Origin: Microcoleus sp.
GTDB lineage: Bacteria > Cyanobacteriota > Cyanobacteriia > Cyanobacteriales > Microcoleaceae
Direction: 5' to 3'
DNA: 64,000 bases
NCBI GenBank assembly: GCA_052279835.1
Contig: CP181291.1
Location: forward strand, 1,856,001-1,920,000
A model generated the notes under the pieces. That model made no database searches and was not told where the DNA came from. It worked only from the letters and a program-made list of their open reading frames with translations. Below are positions 49,663-64,000 of this stretch, piece by piece. Both the position numbers and the translations under genes were made by a program. Positions within the stretch are counted from its first letter, which is position 1; each line of letters begins with the position of its first letter.

Positions 49663-49749
49663 CCTGGAAACAAGTGAAGAATTTTCAGTGTGCAGTCAAG
49701 GAACCAAAAGTCCTGAATGTGGCACAGAAAAATGACGCACTAGCTTAGT

Positions 49750-49822
49750 GGGGGTATAGCTCAGTTGGTAGAGCGCCTGCCTTGCACGCAGGAAGTCAGC
49801 GGTTCGAGTCCGCTTACCTCCA
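49750..49822 (+). tRNA. tRNA-Ala(TGC)
   Basis: GGGGGTA/TACCTCC acceptor, CT-TGC-AC loop, GGTTCGAGTCC. Confidence 0.97.
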
Positions 49823-50019
49823 CTCTCACTCAACAAAGCCCAGAAATAACACAGATCAAGTAGAAATCAGCACCTAGACCAGCCGAAAGCTAGTCAGAAT
49901 GCTGGAGTCTCGACTCTAGTAAGAACCTTGAAAACTGCATAGAGACAAAGTAATCATCAAACAGGTGAGAAAACTGAGAAATCAGCATCGCTCACCAAAG
50001 ACCATCAGTAAATGATGTT

Positions 50020-52919
<2,900 letters not shown>

Positions 52920-52982
52920 CAATTTTAGATGGTGATTACTTTGTGTCTGTGCAGTCTTCAGGGTTTTACACCCCACAGTTTT

Positions 52983-53101
52983 TCTAGGTGTCTATGACGC
53001 AGTGGCACCACTCCGATTCCATCCCGAACTCGGTTGTTAAACGCTGCGGTGGCGAAGATATTTGGCGGGTCACTGCCTGAGAAAATAGCTCGATGCCTGG
53101 G
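52983..53101 (+). rRNA. rrf: 5S rRNA
   Basis: CTAGGTG...TGCCTGG helix I; CCATCCCGAACTC. Confidence 0.95.
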
Positions 53102-53121
53102 ATTTATTTACCACACATAAT

Positions 53122-53152
53122 GCCTCTTTCTCTCTTCTAGAAAGGGGCTTTG
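53122..53152 (+). terminator. rRNA operon terminator
   Basis: GCCTCTTTCT...AGAAAGGGGC followed by TTTG. Confidence 0.7.
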
Positions 53153-53309
53153 TTGTTTGACATCTCCTAAAAAGACAGTTAAGAACAGGCACGATGCCTG
53201 TTCCAGAGAAATTATGGGAGAGGTATACTTGATTTTGATGATTTTATACCAAATCTGGGTTGATCACCGCCTCGATCGCCCTATTTGCTCCTGGTTCCTC
53301 GAATCCGAG

Positions 53310-54476
53310 TTAAGGTTTAAGTACAACCTTAATGCAGTTGTCTTTTTTGTTCTTGAAAGTCTCGTAAGCTTGCGGTGCTTCTGACAAGTTCATGCGGTGG
53401 GTAATTACAAAGGTGGGATCAATTTCGCCTTTTTGAATGCGATCGAGCAAAGGCCGCAAATAGCGTTGAACGTGAGTCTGTCCCATTTTCATGGTCAAAC
53501 CTTTGTTGAAAGCTGCACCTAATGGCACTTTGTCTACGAAGCCGCCGTAAACGCCGGGAATCGAGACTGTGCCACCTTTACGACAAGCCAGGATCAGTTG
53601 TCGCAATGCGGTGGGTCGATCGCTCTCCAAGCGCACAGCTTGCTTTGCTTTGTCATAAAAAGCGTCCAGACCCGTGCCGTGGGCTTCCATCCCCACAGCG
53701 TCGATGCAGGCGTCAGGCCCGCGCCCCCCAGTCATTTCGGTGACGGCTTCCCCCGCATCAATTTCTTCGTAGTTGATGATTTCGGCTTTGGCCGCAGCAG
53801 CCATCTGCAAGCGCTCCGGGAAGCGGTCGATCGCAATTACTCTATCGGCACCCAGCATAAACGCGCTTCTGATTGCAAATTGCCCCACCGGCCCGCAGCC
53901 CCAAACGGCTACCGTATCCCCCGGTTGAATGTTGCAGTTTTCTGCCGCCATGTAACCTGTAGGGAAAATATCAGTGAGAAACAATACTTGTTCGTCAGAT
54001 AGTCCGTCGGGAATTTTCAAAGGACCAACATCTGCAAAGGGAACGCGAGCATATTCTGCTTGACCTCCTGCATAGCCGCCCGTTAAATGCGAGTAGCCAA
54101 ACAATCCTGCCGGCGAATGACCGTAAATTTTTTCAGCCAATCCAGCATTGGGGTTAGAGTTATCGCACAGTGACCACAAATCCCGGTTACAAAAGAAGCA
54201 ACTGCCGCAAGAAATTGTAAAAGGAATAACTGCGCGATCGCCCTTTTTGAGATTCTTAACTTCACTACCAACTTCAACAACTTCCCCCATGAATTCGTGA
54301 CCCAGGATGTCACCGGATTGCATGGTGGGGATGTAGCCATTATACAGGTGCAAATCTGAGCCACAAATTGCTGTAGATGTGATTTTGAATATCGCATCTC
54401 GCGGATTAATAATTGTTGGGTCAGGTACATTATCAACTCGCACGTCATTTGCTCCGTGCCAACAAACTGCTTTCAT
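53310..54476 (-). CDS. Zn-dependent alcohol/formaldehyde dehydrogenase-like (MDR family)
   Basis: ICGSD, GHE, CGSCFFC...C, DIFPTGY, GCGPVG. Confidence 0.93.
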   Translation of the reverse strand: MKAVCWHGANDVRVDNVPDPTIINPRDAIFKITSTAICGSDLHLYNGYIPTMQSGDILGHEFMGEVVEVGSEVKNLKKGDRAVIPFTISCGSCFFCNRDLWSLCDNSNPNAGLAEKIYGHSPAGLFGYSHLTGGYAGGQAEYARVPFADVGPLKIPDGLSDEQVLFLTDIFPTGYMAAENCNIQPGDTVAVWGCGPVGQFAIRSAFMLGADRVIAIDRFPERLQMAAAAKAEIINYEEIDAGEAVTEMTGGRGPDACIDAVGMEAHGTGLDAFYDKAKQAVRLESDRPTALRQLILACRKGGTVSIPGVYGGFVDKVPLGAAFNKGLTMKMGQTHVQRYLRPLLDRIQKGEIDPTFVITHRMNLSEAPQAYETFKNKKDNCIKVVLKP

Positions 54477-55192
54477 TTTTTGGTTATCCTCTAGTTAGCT
54501 ACGAACATTTTTTGGTGTTCTCTTTGAAATTTTCGATTAGCTCAGTATCTAAATTAGGGCATTGATTTTCTCAATCTTAAAGGTATAAAACTTTACTTAT
54601 CTCTATCCAAGGTATGATTAAAAAATATATCTTTTGGCTGTTATCGAGACTAAAATTAGTAAAAAATCAAGCTACTAAAATATCGGTTAATTGCTTTAAA
54701 GTATGACCAGAAATGCTTGATTCACTGAATACCGAGCTTTGATAGTCTTAGCAATTACTTTTTTTAGAGTCAGGACTTATGCTATGCAAGAAGTTAAAAA
54801 TTACAGTAAAATTCCTCCTCTTTAAATTATATTTGCGCCGTTCAACCTCAAATCTCGAACCATCCAGGAAGTAAATAAACACTTCGTGCTGGCTTCGCCC
54901 ACCAGTAGGTCAAAATCGCTAGGAGTAGTGACACCACAAGAAATTCATCAAACTTGAGTATAAAATCTACATACACCTCAGCTTATCTATAGTAGTAAGG
55001 TGGGATGTGTACCGCATCTTACGACTACAGACCAGCTCATTAAGTGTACTGAGTAAGTTGCAGCCTCAAACTTCTCAAGTCCGGGCTGGTCCATCGAGAT
55101 TCGAGGCGGGGCGGGTTTTGGATCACAAGTGCTGCTTAAATGCCGAGCTTGCGCTAAAGTTGTGAAAGATTAAAGTTTATCGATCGCCTTTT

Positions 55193-57820
55193 ATGCCTTA
55201 CACTGCATCTACCCCAACAGACCCCAATCAAGCAAATATTCGTAATGCCGACTACCGCTTACTAGAGTTTAATAAGCTGACACCGATGATGCAGCGGTAT
55301 GTGGAAGTCAAAGAACAATATCCCCACGCACTTTTATTATTTCGAGTCGGAGATTTTTTTGAGTGCTTTTTCCAAGATGCAGTGACGATTTCGCGGGAAT
55401 TAGAGCTGGTTTGTACTAGCAAAGAAAGCGGCAAGGAAATTGGACGAGTGCCGATGACAGGAGTGCCACACCATGCACTCGATCGCTACACTTCAATGTT
55501 AGTAGAAAAAGGCTATGCTGTAGTAGTTTGTGACCAAGTAGAAGATGCAGCGATCGCAGCTAGAGAAGGCCGTCAAGTCAAGCGCGAAATTACCAGAATT
55601 CTGACTCCCGGAACTTTGACTGATGACGGAATGCTTAAACCCAAACAAAATAACTTTTTAGCAGCAATCGTTATAGCTGGAACCCATTGGGGATTGGCTT
55701 ATACAGATATTTCTACCGGAGAATTTGTCACTACACAAGCAGATAGTTTAGAACAATTAAATCTAGAATTGTTGCGTTTGCAACCGTCGGAAGTGCTAGT
55801 ACCAACGAATGCTCCCGATTTGGTGACTATGTTGAGACCAGGCGAAAAATCCGATCATTTACCAGAGTGTTTACCAAGTTCGTTTTGCTATTCTTTGCGA
55901 TCGCAAATTCCCTTTACTTTGGGAGAGGCAAAACAGAGAATCCTGCAAAAGTTCAAAGTGCGATCGCTCGAAGGTATGGGGTGTGGACAGCTTCCCTTAG
56001 CAGTACGCGCAGCCGGGGGTTTGCTGCAATATCTCGAAGAAACTCAAAAAGGAAATGCCGTTCCTTTGCAAGTATTACACACTTATACCATCACGGATTT
56101 TCTCACACTAGACTATCAAACCCGTCGCAATCTCGAAATTACTCAAACTGTGAGAGATGGGGTTTTTCATGGTTCTTTGCTGTGGGCGATAGACAAAACT
56201 AGCACTGCAATGGGAGGTCGGGCTTTACGGCGGTGGGTGCTGCAACCTTTACTGAATATTAAAGGCATTTGCGCGCGACATGACACGATTCAAGAATTAG
56301 TAGAAGATAACTACCTGCGCCAAGATTTGCAGCAGTTATTACGCCAAATTTACGACATAGAAAGACTGACTGGGCGCACTGGTTCTGGAACAGCTAGCCC
56401 GCGAGATTTAGTCGCTTTAGCTGATTCTTTGAAAAAACTGCCGGAGTTAGCTGCGATTTCAGCCCAAGGTCGATCGCCCTATCTGAAATCACTGCAAAAT
56501 GTCCCGCCAATTTTAGAAGAATTAGCAACTAAAATTCACGCTCATTTAGTTGACGAACCGCCGATTCATTTAAAAGAAGGAGGGTTGATTCGTTCGGGAA
56601 TTAATTCCCTACTAGATGAAATGCGGCAAACAGCATCAGCCGATCAGGAGTGGATTGCTCATTTAGAGGCAAATGAAAGAAAACGCACCGGAATTTCTAA
56701 TTTAAAAGTAGGTTACAATAAAGCTTTCGGGTATTATATCAGCATTACAAAATCGAAAGTAGACCAAGTACCAAATGACTACACGCGCAAGCAAACTCTC
56801 ACTAATGAAGAACGCTACAGCACAGAAGAATTAAAACAAAGAGAAGTACGAATTCTGACAGCGCGGGAAGATTTAAATCAACTAGAATATGATATTTTTG
56901 CTCAAGTACGCGCCGAGGTAGGAGAACACGCCGAAATTATTCGCAATGTTTCCCGCGCCGTGGCCGCGGCCGATGTTTTGTGCGGTTTGGCAGAAGTAGC
57001 TGTTTATCAAAATTACTGTCGCCCAACGATGGTTGAAAGTAGGGAAATTAAAATTATTGAAGGTTGTCATCCGGTGGTCGAAAAGTCTTTACCTCCGGGC
57101 TTTTTTGTACCTAATTCGGCTTTTTTGGGTCGGGAAGCATCGCTAAATCGACCAGATTTAATTATTTTAACTGGACCGAATGCTAGTGGCAAAAGTTGTT
57201 ATTTGCGACAGGTGGGTTTGATTCAGTTGATGGCGCAGATGGGGAGTTTTGTGCCGGCGAAGGCTGCTACTTTGGGAATTTGCGATCGCATTTTTACCCG
57301 CGTTGGCGCGGTGGATGATTTGGCAACAGGTCAGTCTACGTTTATGGTAGAAATGAATGAAACTGCAAATATTCTCAACCACGCAACACCAAAATCCTTG
57401 GTTTTGTTAGATGAAATTGGCAGGGGAACGGCGACGTTTGACGGACTTTCGATTGCTTGGTCTGTGGCAGAATACTTGGCGAATGAGATTCGGGCGCGGA
57501 CAATTTTTGCTACCCATTATCATGAGTTGAATGAGTTGGCTTCTATTTTAAATAATGTAGCAAATTACCAAGTTACGGTCAAGGAATTGCCCGATCAAAT
57601 AGTATTTTTGCACCAAGTTCAGCCTGGAGGTGCTGATAAGTCTTATGGGATTGAAGCGGGGAGATTAGCTGGTTTACCAACCTCGGTAATTGAGAGAGCA
57701 AGACAGGTGATGAAGCAGATTGAGAAACATAGTAAAATTGCGATCGGGCTGCGGAAAGGAGTTAAAAAAGAGGAAAAAGAAGATGCTGATGGCGAACAAT
57801 TGGATATTTTTGATGCTTGA
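55193..57820 (+). CDS. mutS: DNA mismatch repair protein MutS
   Basis: [31 protein letters not shown], clamp motif QLDIF. Confidence 0.98.
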   Translation: MPYTASTPTDPNQANIRNADYRLLEFNKLTPMMQRYVEVKEQYPHALLLFRVGDFFECFFQDAVTISRELELVCTSKESGKEIGRVPMTGVPHHALDRYTSMLVEKGYAVVVCDQVEDAAIAAREGRQVKREITRILTPGTLTDDGMLKPKQNNFLAAIVIAGTHWGLAYTDISTGEFVTTQADSLEQLNLELLRLQPSEVLVPTNAPDLVTMLRPGEKSDHLPECLPSSFCYSLRSQIPFTLGEAKQRILQKFKVRSLEGMGCGQLPLAVRAAGGLLQYLEETQKGNAVPLQVLHTYTITDFLTLDYQTRRNLEITQTVRDGVFHGSLLWAIDKTSTAMGGRALRRWVLQPLLNIKGICARHDTIQELVEDNYLRQDLQQLLRQIYDIERLTGRTGSGTASPRDLVALADSLKKLPELAAISAQGRSPYLKSLQNVPPILEELATKIHAHLVDEPPIHLKEGGLIRSGINSLLDEMRQTASADQEWIAHLEANERKRTGISNLKVGYNKAFGYYISITKSKVDQVPNDYTRKQTLTNEERYSTEELKQREVRILTAREDLNQLEYDIFAQVRAEVGEHAEIIRNVSRAVAAADVLCGLAEVAVYQNYCRPTMVESREIKIIEGCHPVVEKSLPPGFFVPNSAFLGREASLNRPDLIILTGPNASGKSCYLRQVGLIQLMAQMGSFVPAKAATLGICDRIFTRVGAVDDLATGQSTFMVEMNETANILNHATPKSLVLLDEIGRGTATFDGLSIAWSVAEYLANEIRARTIFATHYHELNELASILNNVANYQVTVKELPDQIVFLHQVQPGGADKSYGIEAGRLAGLPTSVIERARQVMKQIEKHSKIAIGLRKGVKKEEKEDADGEQLDIFDA

Positions 57821-57849
57821 GATTTCACCTAAAAATTGTTTTTAGACAA

Positions 57850-57985
57850 GTAGGGTGCGTCAGATAATAACAACCTGTTGAAATCTAAAGAATCAAAGTC
57901 TGATATAAATTTCAGTTGCACCGTCAGGTAATAGTTGAATGTTTGCTCCTTCCCATCCAACCGGAAACAATATGACGCAGCCTAC
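57850..57985. repeat. GTAG-type REP-like inverted repeat pair
   Basis: GTAGGGTGCGTCA (57850-57862) and TGACGCAGCCTAC (57973-57985). Confidence 0.6.
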
Positions 57986-58028
57986 AACTCAGCTTTAAGG
58001 ACTAAATTCCTGTACTAAAAACTCATAA

Positions 58029-58739
58029 CTACCGTCCATTTTGTAACTTTTTTACCTCTTTGTGTACGCTCATGCCTATCTCCAAAGCCTCATTCAACAA
58101 TCTCCCGTATTCAGTTGCCCGATCGCTCACATCCATCGCCATCAAGGCAGCCAAATTACTTTCAATATTAGCAAATAATTCGTAACGACGACCAATAAAC
58201 TCCTGATTTTCCCGGAGAATTCTTTCGGTTTTTAAAGCACAAACTAAACTTTCCCTAGTAACGTTTAATGCTTCAATTGCATCCTCTCGATTCATCAAAT
58301 TGGCTTGGAGATTGCCAACGGCTATTAAGCGATCGATAATATCGAGAGCCTTAATCACCTCATGATACTTGTCAACTTCATCTAGCAAACCAGCCAAGGT
58401 TGCTAGAGGCCTTGCCTTTACCCATCTATACAAATTCCAAGCTACAGCAATGGCTACGGACAAGCCCAAAGTTAGTTGTAAAACCCAAACAAATATCTGA
58501 GAATCGCTAAAGGAACCAACTTTATGTTGAGTAGCCAGTAAAGCAACAGGGAGGGAAACCACTAAGGTTACGCAAAATATCAGCAACTCATTTAACAGCA
58601 TAGAAAATAGCTTTCTGCTGTCTCGGAAAGCGCCATGTCTGTAAAAATTACCGGCAAAACCGTCACCCAAAGCTATGCCGCTCAATTCCTCTAACTCCGT
58701 TTCAGGAATTAGTAATTCATCTAAGTCCGATTGTATCAC
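58029..58739 (-). CDS. Hypothetical two-TM protein with helical cytoplasmic domain
   Basis: GTG start with SD AAGGAG; LKTERILREN, EYGRLLNEAL. Confidence 0.75.
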   Translation of the reverse strand: MIQSDLDELLIPETELEELSGIALGDGFAGNFYRHGAFRDSRKLFSMLLNELLIFCVTLVVSLPVALLATQHKVGSFSDSQIFVWVLQLTLGLSVAIAVAWNLYRWVKARPLATLAGLLDEVDKYHEVIKALDIIDRLIAVGNLQANLMNREDAIEALNVTRESLVCALKTERILRENQEFIGRRYELFANIESNLAALMAMDVSDRATEYGRLLNEALEIGMSVHKEVKKLQNGR

Positions 58740-58768
58740 TATTTCAAATCTCCTTAATTTAGTATTAA

Positions 58769-59446
58769 TTAAAACCCTCCTATAGACCTAATTGAATCCC
58801 AGAGACTCATATAAAAATTGCTTTCTCGGCTTCGGAATAGTTGAAATACCATTCCCGGCGACCCAAAAAAAGGTCTGAGAGTCCATCCCAACTGACTCCC
58901 AACAAAGGCATAAAGTCCCAACCAGAAGCGCAAAATATTTAGCCGGATATCTTTGCCTTCAGCATCTTGTTCGGAAAGGAAGTGCATTCCTTGATAAAAA
59001 AAACTAATTCCTAAAAATCCTGTAATTGCCATAATGGCAACATTCAACAACAGGAAAAAATTGTAATTGTTACTACTCAGTAAAAAAAATAGACTTACAG
59101 GTGCAAATCCAAACATCAAGATGCTAATCATCGCCATTGCTGTCATTAACAATGCCAAATACTGTTCAAAAGTTTGTTTTGAACCAAACATGACATTGAA
59201 AAAGTAGAGTGTAGGAAAACAAATAATCAGTGTGAGCAAGTAAAGTGCTGGTAGCTTAATTGCTGACACTAGACATTGCATCCACGTACTAGATGCACCT
59301 AAAATTGCTCCATAAATGGAAAAAAATACTGTACTAGAAATCAACAGCCCGAAAATTTTAGATTTGAGCTTAGCACCTTCGCGGATTTCTTCTAGAAACT
59401 GTTGCCGTTCCCGCAGCAAATACATTACTACTGAAAAATATTTCAC
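58769..59446 (-). CDS. Hypothetical polytopic membrane protein
   Basis: Five to six TM helices; AIKLP, CFPTLYFF, QLGWTLRPFFG. Confidence 0.8.
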   Translation of the reverse strand: MKYFSVVMYLLRERQQFLEEIREGAKLKSKIFGLLISSTVFFSIYGAILGASSTWMQCLVSAIKLPALYLLTLIICFPTLYFFNVMFGSKQTFEQYLALLMTAMAMISILMFGFAPVSLFFLLSSNNYNFFLLLNVAIMAITGFLGISFFYQGMHFLSEQDAEGKDIRLNILRFWLGLYAFVGSQLGWTLRPFFGSPGMVFQLFRSRESNFYMSLWDSIRSIGGF

Positions 59447-59584
59447 GGGTTCTCCTTGTGACTGATGCTACTCCGAATCGGTTATAACTCAAGTTGATTT
59501 AGATGTGCAAGAGCTTGTCAGATTTATCTAGTCTCAAGGGAGAAGGGTGAAGGGAGAGCTAAAATTCTCCCCCTCTGGAAATAT

Positions 59585-60157
59585 CTAGCGACAGGTGCGA
59601 TATTTGATGTGATAAACCAAACCACGGTGAGCCAGATCGAAGGAGTCAACGGTGGCCGTACCAGCACCACTGGCAGTCATCGCAGCATTGACTCTCATGT
59701 TGATGCTGTCACCACAACGAGACCAAACATCTGCTACAGTGGCTAAGCTATCTCGAACGTTATAGTTCGTTTCCCCGTTAAAATTCCGGGAAAAAATTGG
59801 GCCTCGGCTGCCTGCAAAAAAGTATTCTGCTCTTAAGTTGGCGCTAGTTTTTGGTGCGATATAACCACGATAATCAGCATCGTAGAGAGAAATTTGGAAA
59901 CCTTGAGGTACTTTGATGGGAATGCTGAGATTACAGCTTTTGCGTTTTTCTGCGGAGATATTTCCCTGGGCTACAAACTTATCAAATAGAATGGTTAGTT
60001 CTTGACCATCGGGGCTGACGCTGACACTGGCGGATCTGTCGGGACAACCACTACCACCATAGCTTGCGCCTAAGATTTCCACTTTTTCCTGCGCTAAGGC
60101 GGAGCTAATGGAAGCAGACATTAATGTGGTGGCCAGTAAGAGTTTTAAAAATTTCAT
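59585..60157 (-). CDS. DUF4360 secreted protein
   Basis: Signal peptide; GSGCP, FDKF, RKSC, DYRG, WSRCG. Confidence 0.82.
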   Translation of the reverse strand: MKFLKLLLATTLMSASISSALAQEKVEILGASYGGSGCPDRSASVSVSPDGQELTILFDKFVAQGNISAEKRKSCNLSIPIKVPQGFQISLYDADYRGYIAPKTSANLRAEYFFAGSRGPIFSRNFNGETNYNVRDSLATVADVWSRCGDSINMRVNAAMTASGAGTATVDSFDLAHRGLVYHIKYRTCR

Positions 60158-61085
60158 GGAATTTCTCCTAGATCAATTTTGATCTATTAATTTGGGTGTG
60201 AAAAACACTCCGTTTGATAGATGAATCAAAATTTAGGCAAACCCTGTCTCATGAGGAGATTACAAGTTTTTTCTTGTTAGCTCAACAGCTTAGAACTACT
60301 ATCTACTGAGCTATATAATATTACCTTGCTCAGTGGTTTTTGGATGAGTACGCTGGCTCAATAAATATTTATTCTTTGCTGATACTTTCTAAGATTCATT
60401 TCTTCTAAATAAAGTTCCGGAAGATTCCAGATAACAAGTTTGGTTTTCCTGGAAAATAAGAACCTAGAAAGCAGAGAAATTGCTGAGTGTTTAGTCTATC
60501 TTTGGGCGGAGGAAAATTTCTGACAATTTTTGAGAGGAATTAGGGCTTGATTCTACTGCGAATGGGAGATGCAGGCGATCGCCTTGGAAGCACGGAATTC
60601 TCTTGTTGTGGAGTCTGGGGTGGGCGGTAATATTTATTTTTCAATTAAAATCACAGGCGATCTCAATAAAAAATGTTGCTAAATATTAATAATCAAAAAT
60701 CCTCTAGTATTAAGACCAGAGCCATTAATTGACGAGCTTGTTTTTTTTGCTTCTGCATATCTTATGACAGGTCAAAAAATGATTATCTGCTGTATACACA
60801 AATACATTCATTTAACTATCAGTAGATTAACATAAGTCTTGGTTTGATAATATTTGAGAACCTAAATTGTCATAATCAAACATCAGCTAAAACTTATGGC
60901 ACGCACAGATTGCAGGAAGTTTTAAAATTAGATTCGTAAATTGCATCCTCTAGATGTATTTACTGCATCTATCGATAAAATTATATGTATTTAATAGAAG
61001 TAATTCCTGCAATTAGTTAATAGAATAGAGGTATGCTCCTGACCGTTGACGATCGACTACTATTTTTTTGGACGAGGAAAAAATC

Positions 61086-61232
61086 ATGGATACTACCGTA
61101 GAAAAAAAAGCCCCACCTCAGCCTGTTGAGCAAGTTAAAATTAAAACCACGAACAGCTTAGAGTTTGAGCTTTGGGCTAAAGCCGTCAAACGCCAGATGA
61201 TTGCAGCACTCTCTAAAAAGAGCGAAAGCTAA
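61086..61232 (+). CDS. 48-aa small protein (absent from ORF track)
   Basis: SD GAGG; MDTTVEKKAPPQPVEQVKIKTTNSLEFELWAKAVKRQMIAALSKKSES. Confidence 0.6.
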   Translation: MDTTVEKKAPPQPVEQVKIKTTNSLEFELWAKAVKRQMIAALSKKSES

Positions 61233-61409
61233 GAGTTCAGGGGCTTTTGTGTGCGAGTTTTGTAAATTGAGTTAAGAAAATAGTTGTTTGTGTTGTTGTC
61301 CCAGAAGGGAAGGGGAGAGTGGAAGAGTGGGAGAGGGGGAGAATTGATACTTCTGGCTTCTGGCTTCTGCCTTCTACCTTCTACCTTCTGTCTGCTATTT
61401 TTCATTAGC

Positions 61410-63338
61410 TTAAGAACCCTTCTCAACTGCGGCAAGCAACCGTAGATTTCCGTCTTGAAGCTGCACAGCTTTCACTGTTCCCAAAGCGACTCTTTGTAGA
61501 CCGTTATTCATCGCCACCTCAATTTTAATTTTCGGGTCGGCGAGTAAGCCAAGCCTGCCCCATAACCACTTGACTTGAGTAGCAGGAAAAGATTTGAGTT
61601 CCATATCTAAAAAGGGCGAACTAACCCAGCGGTTCCCGTCGTAGAAACTGGCGACCTGCACCTGATACCAAACTTGTTTTTCTGTCAGTTTTAACTGATT
61701 TTTAGGTTCTGGTTCCATCCATTCATTGGGATTAATAGTGCTAAGTAAAGTAGCCGAACCCATGATTTGACTTTTGTGCTGTTCTAAACTTTCAGCTAGG
61801 GAAACTGATTCGTCAAGTTTATTGACTAAATTCCGAATACGGTTCCTAGTTTCGCTGTCGGTATCTGATTGTTGATCGAGCCAATTCATCGCCTCGCGAG
61901 TCCCATCTTGAGCGGCGATAATGAGTGCGCCCCAAGCTTTGACATCTCCATCACTAGAATTCACTCTCAAAGCTGCGTCTACACGATTCAAGAGTTTGCC
62001 ATTGTCATTTTTTAGGGTTTTGGCAATTTCGTGACTGTTGCTAGGATCGGCTTCAAATACCTGCAAAGCCTCTCTCCAGCGACCGTCTATCAACTCTGCG
62101 AGAACTTGTTGACCGGGACTGGCCCAAGAGGCGATCGCCTGAGCCTTAGTAATTTTAGCGTGAAATTCGATCGTATCTAGCTGAGCTTGGGCTAGAGTCG
62201 GCCAATTAGGACCGGCTTTTCCCTTAGCAATACGCATCACATTTAAAGCTGGAGACCACAGGCCACTTTTGGCAAGTCGCAAACCATTTTTGTAGGTTTC
62301 GTCATTTAAAGCAAATTCTTCCAAAGAAATCGGGTTTAACTGAACAGGATTCGGGACAAATTTGCGCGGGCCAATTTGATAAAGAGTAAATTGGGGTTCC
62401 AAACCAACTGTTTGATCGATCGCCAATTGTGGAGACGAACCCTTAACAATTTGCTGCCAATTGGGCGGTTGTCCGGCGGCACTCACCCATTCCAAGAGCG
62501 AGATTAAATGATTTTGGCTGGGGTTGTAGCGAACCACCTGTCCGTAGGGAAGTTTTTTATCGCCCCGTACTAATTGACCGCTGACATTAAACCAAATTCC
62601 CGAAGTCGGTGCTTTGCCATTAAATCGGCGCAGTTCGGTTAAAGGTAGAGACTGATTCGAGCCAAGAGTATCTGACTTGGAGTCAGCTAAAGAAGCGAGT
62701 ACAAAAGATTCTGCTGGACCTTCTACATTTACGGAACTGGTTAGTTGAAAATACTCGACTTTATCTGAATCTCGATCGGGAAGTTGCACGCGCTTGTATA
62801 CGCGAAGTTCGACAATTTGACGACAAGGATTTTTGCAGGATGTTGTGGCGTTAACAGTCCTTTCCACCATCACAGGTAAGAGTAAATCAGAAATCGAAGA
62901 ATCAGTGGAGTTATTGATAGGAAGTGGCAGAGGTTCTCCGGTGACAAATCCCAATTTACGGATGCTAGCTTGAATTTGAGCGAGAGTTTGAATAGAATCT
63001 CTGGTGGCGAGGGGAAGCCGGGACCATTCCGGCACAAATTTAGCGATCAACTTGTTACCGTTGGGATCGACAATCAGTTGATAACTCAGCCATGCGCCCC
63101 CGCCCATCAAAGCAGCGAAGCCACACAACACGCTGAGGGCTGTGAAATTAGCGATCAGTCTTTTCCAGGGATATCTGGCGACGGATGTTGGGGTAGGAGT
63201 TTTTGATTTGGGGGTTTTAGATGGAGATTCTGGAGAATTTTGGGTGCGTCGGGCTTGGCGGCGGCGTCTGGTGGGGGGAACTTTGGCATTTTCTGGGGGT
63301 TTGGCTCGATTTTTGGAGGGGTTAATTTTGTGTTCCAT
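61410..63338 (-). CDS. Large membrane-anchored hypothetical protein
   Basis: 642-aa ORF; basic disordered N-terminus, one TM helix, large mixed domain. Confidence 0.8.
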   Translation of the reverse strand: MEHKINPSKNRAKPPENAKVPPTRRRRQARRTQNSPESPSKTPKSKTPTPTSVARYPWKRLIANFTALSVLCGFAALMGGGAWLSYQLIVDPNGNKLIAKFVPEWSRLPLATRDSIQTLAQIQASIRKLGFVTGEPLPLPINNSTDSSISDLLLPVMVERTVNATTSCKNPCRQIVELRVYKRVQLPDRDSDKVEYFQLTSSVNVEGPAESFVLASLADSKSDTLGSNQSLPLTELRRFNGKAPTSGIWFNVSGQLVRGDKKLPYGQVVRYNPSQNHLISLLEWVSAAGQPPNWQQIVKGSSPQLAIDQTVGLEPQFTLYQIGPRKFVPNPVQLNPISLEEFALNDETYKNGLRLAKSGLWSPALNVMRIAKGKAGPNWPTLAQAQLDTIEFHAKITKAQAIASWASPGQQVLAELIDGRWREALQVFEADPSNSHEIAKTLKNDNGKLLNRVDAALRVNSSDGDVKAWGALIIAAQDGTREAMNWLDQQSDTDSETRNRIRNLVNKLDESVSLAESLEQHKSQIMGSATLLSTINPNEWMEPEPKNQLKLTEKQVWYQVQVASFYDGNRWVSSPFLDMELKSFPATQVKWLWGRLGLLADPKIKIEVAMNNGLQRVALGTVKAVQLQDGNLRLLAAVEKGS

Positions 63339-63429
63339 CGTGAAATTTTAGGATTTAGATTTTAGAATTTATGTTTAAAATTGCCATAGACATGGCCCAT
63401 AATTATTGTGGAACATGTCTTACAGTCTG

Positions 63430-64000
63430 TTAAGAACAGGGTTTTGGCCAGATGTCTAATAGTCGATCGTATTGCCGACCTATGGTATCCCAGGTGTATT
63501 GGGTTTCGATGTGCGATCGGGCATTTTGAGACAATTCGTGTCTTAGGTGTGGATTTTCAAACAAAGTGCTAATCGCTTCAACATACTCCTGAACTTCATT
63601 AGCGCGCAAGGCCAAGATCGGTTGTGACTCACCGCCGATGGCTAAACCTTCCAAACCTCGATCGCTTGCAACAATGGGTGTTCCAGCAGCCATCGCCTCC
63701 AAAGTTTTATTTTTTATCCCCAAACCAATTCGCATCGGGACTAGACAAACAGTAGCCTGATGCAAATATTCTGCCACCTTTTGGACTCTGCCTAGAACTT
63801 GAATTCCTGGTAGTTTCCCCAAAGCCAAGACGGAGGGTACTGGGGAAGTTCCGACTAAGGTGAGGGTAGTATCGGGATAGCGTTGCTGTAGGATTGGTAA
63901 GATCTCCAAGCTCAAAAATCTGGCTGCGTCTATGTTGGGCAAATTGTTCATCGCCCCTGCAAAGATTAAGGTGTGTCCTCCCGGATCGATCGCCCGATGG
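63430..64000 (-). CDS. Glycosyltransferase family 4, C-terminal part (5' end outside window)
   Basis: GAMNNLPN, GIKNKTLEAMAAG, YTW. Confidence 0.9.
   Translation of the reverse strand, partial: HRAIDPGGHTLIFAGAMNNLPNIDAARFLSLEILPILQQRYPDTTLTLVGTSPVPSVLALGKLPGIQVLGRVQKVAEYLHQATVCLVPMRIGLGIKNKTLEAMAAGTPIVASDRGLEGLAIGGESQPILALRANEVQEYVEAISTLFENPHLRHELSQNARSHIETQYTWDTIGRQYDRLLDIWPKPCS

Noticed and set aside
61229..61435. 68-aa ORF
   Set aside because: Largely heptamer repeats, no SD

Overview
Chromosomal segment of a filamentous cyanobacterium. The 16S and gene content suggest Microcoleaceae (Microcoleus/Tychonema/Kamptonema-like); HIP1 (GCGATCGC) and 7-nt STRR repeats are abundant. Core content: a complete rRNA operon (16S, tRNA-Ile, tRNA-Ala, 23S, 5S), groES-groEL with CIRCE and K-box, rpaB, radA, mutS, leuA, labA-like NYN gene, malQ, rfbB, cyanoexosortase A-hpsJ, nurA, rodZ and an unlisted psbY. 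Main accessory regions: (i) an islet at 12.1-17.7 kb with a sensor-less HTH-STAND ATPase, a divergent pair of glycine-rich hydrophobic-hairpin proteins and stacked toxin-antitoxin modules, mostly broken or toxin-less and often bounded by HIP1-like sites; (ii) an atypical RelE-like pair behind groEL; (iii) two DUF928 genes divergent from an output-less CHASE2 receptor followed by a MinD/ParA ATPase, the best candidate for an uncharacterised signalling system; (iv) a decayed IS200/IS605 tnpB 3' end with a hairpin-rich omegaRNA-like segment just upstream of psbY; (v) several MITE/REP elements, one with an 8-bp target-site duplication. No CRISPR array was seen. Family assignments come from motif recognition, not database searches.
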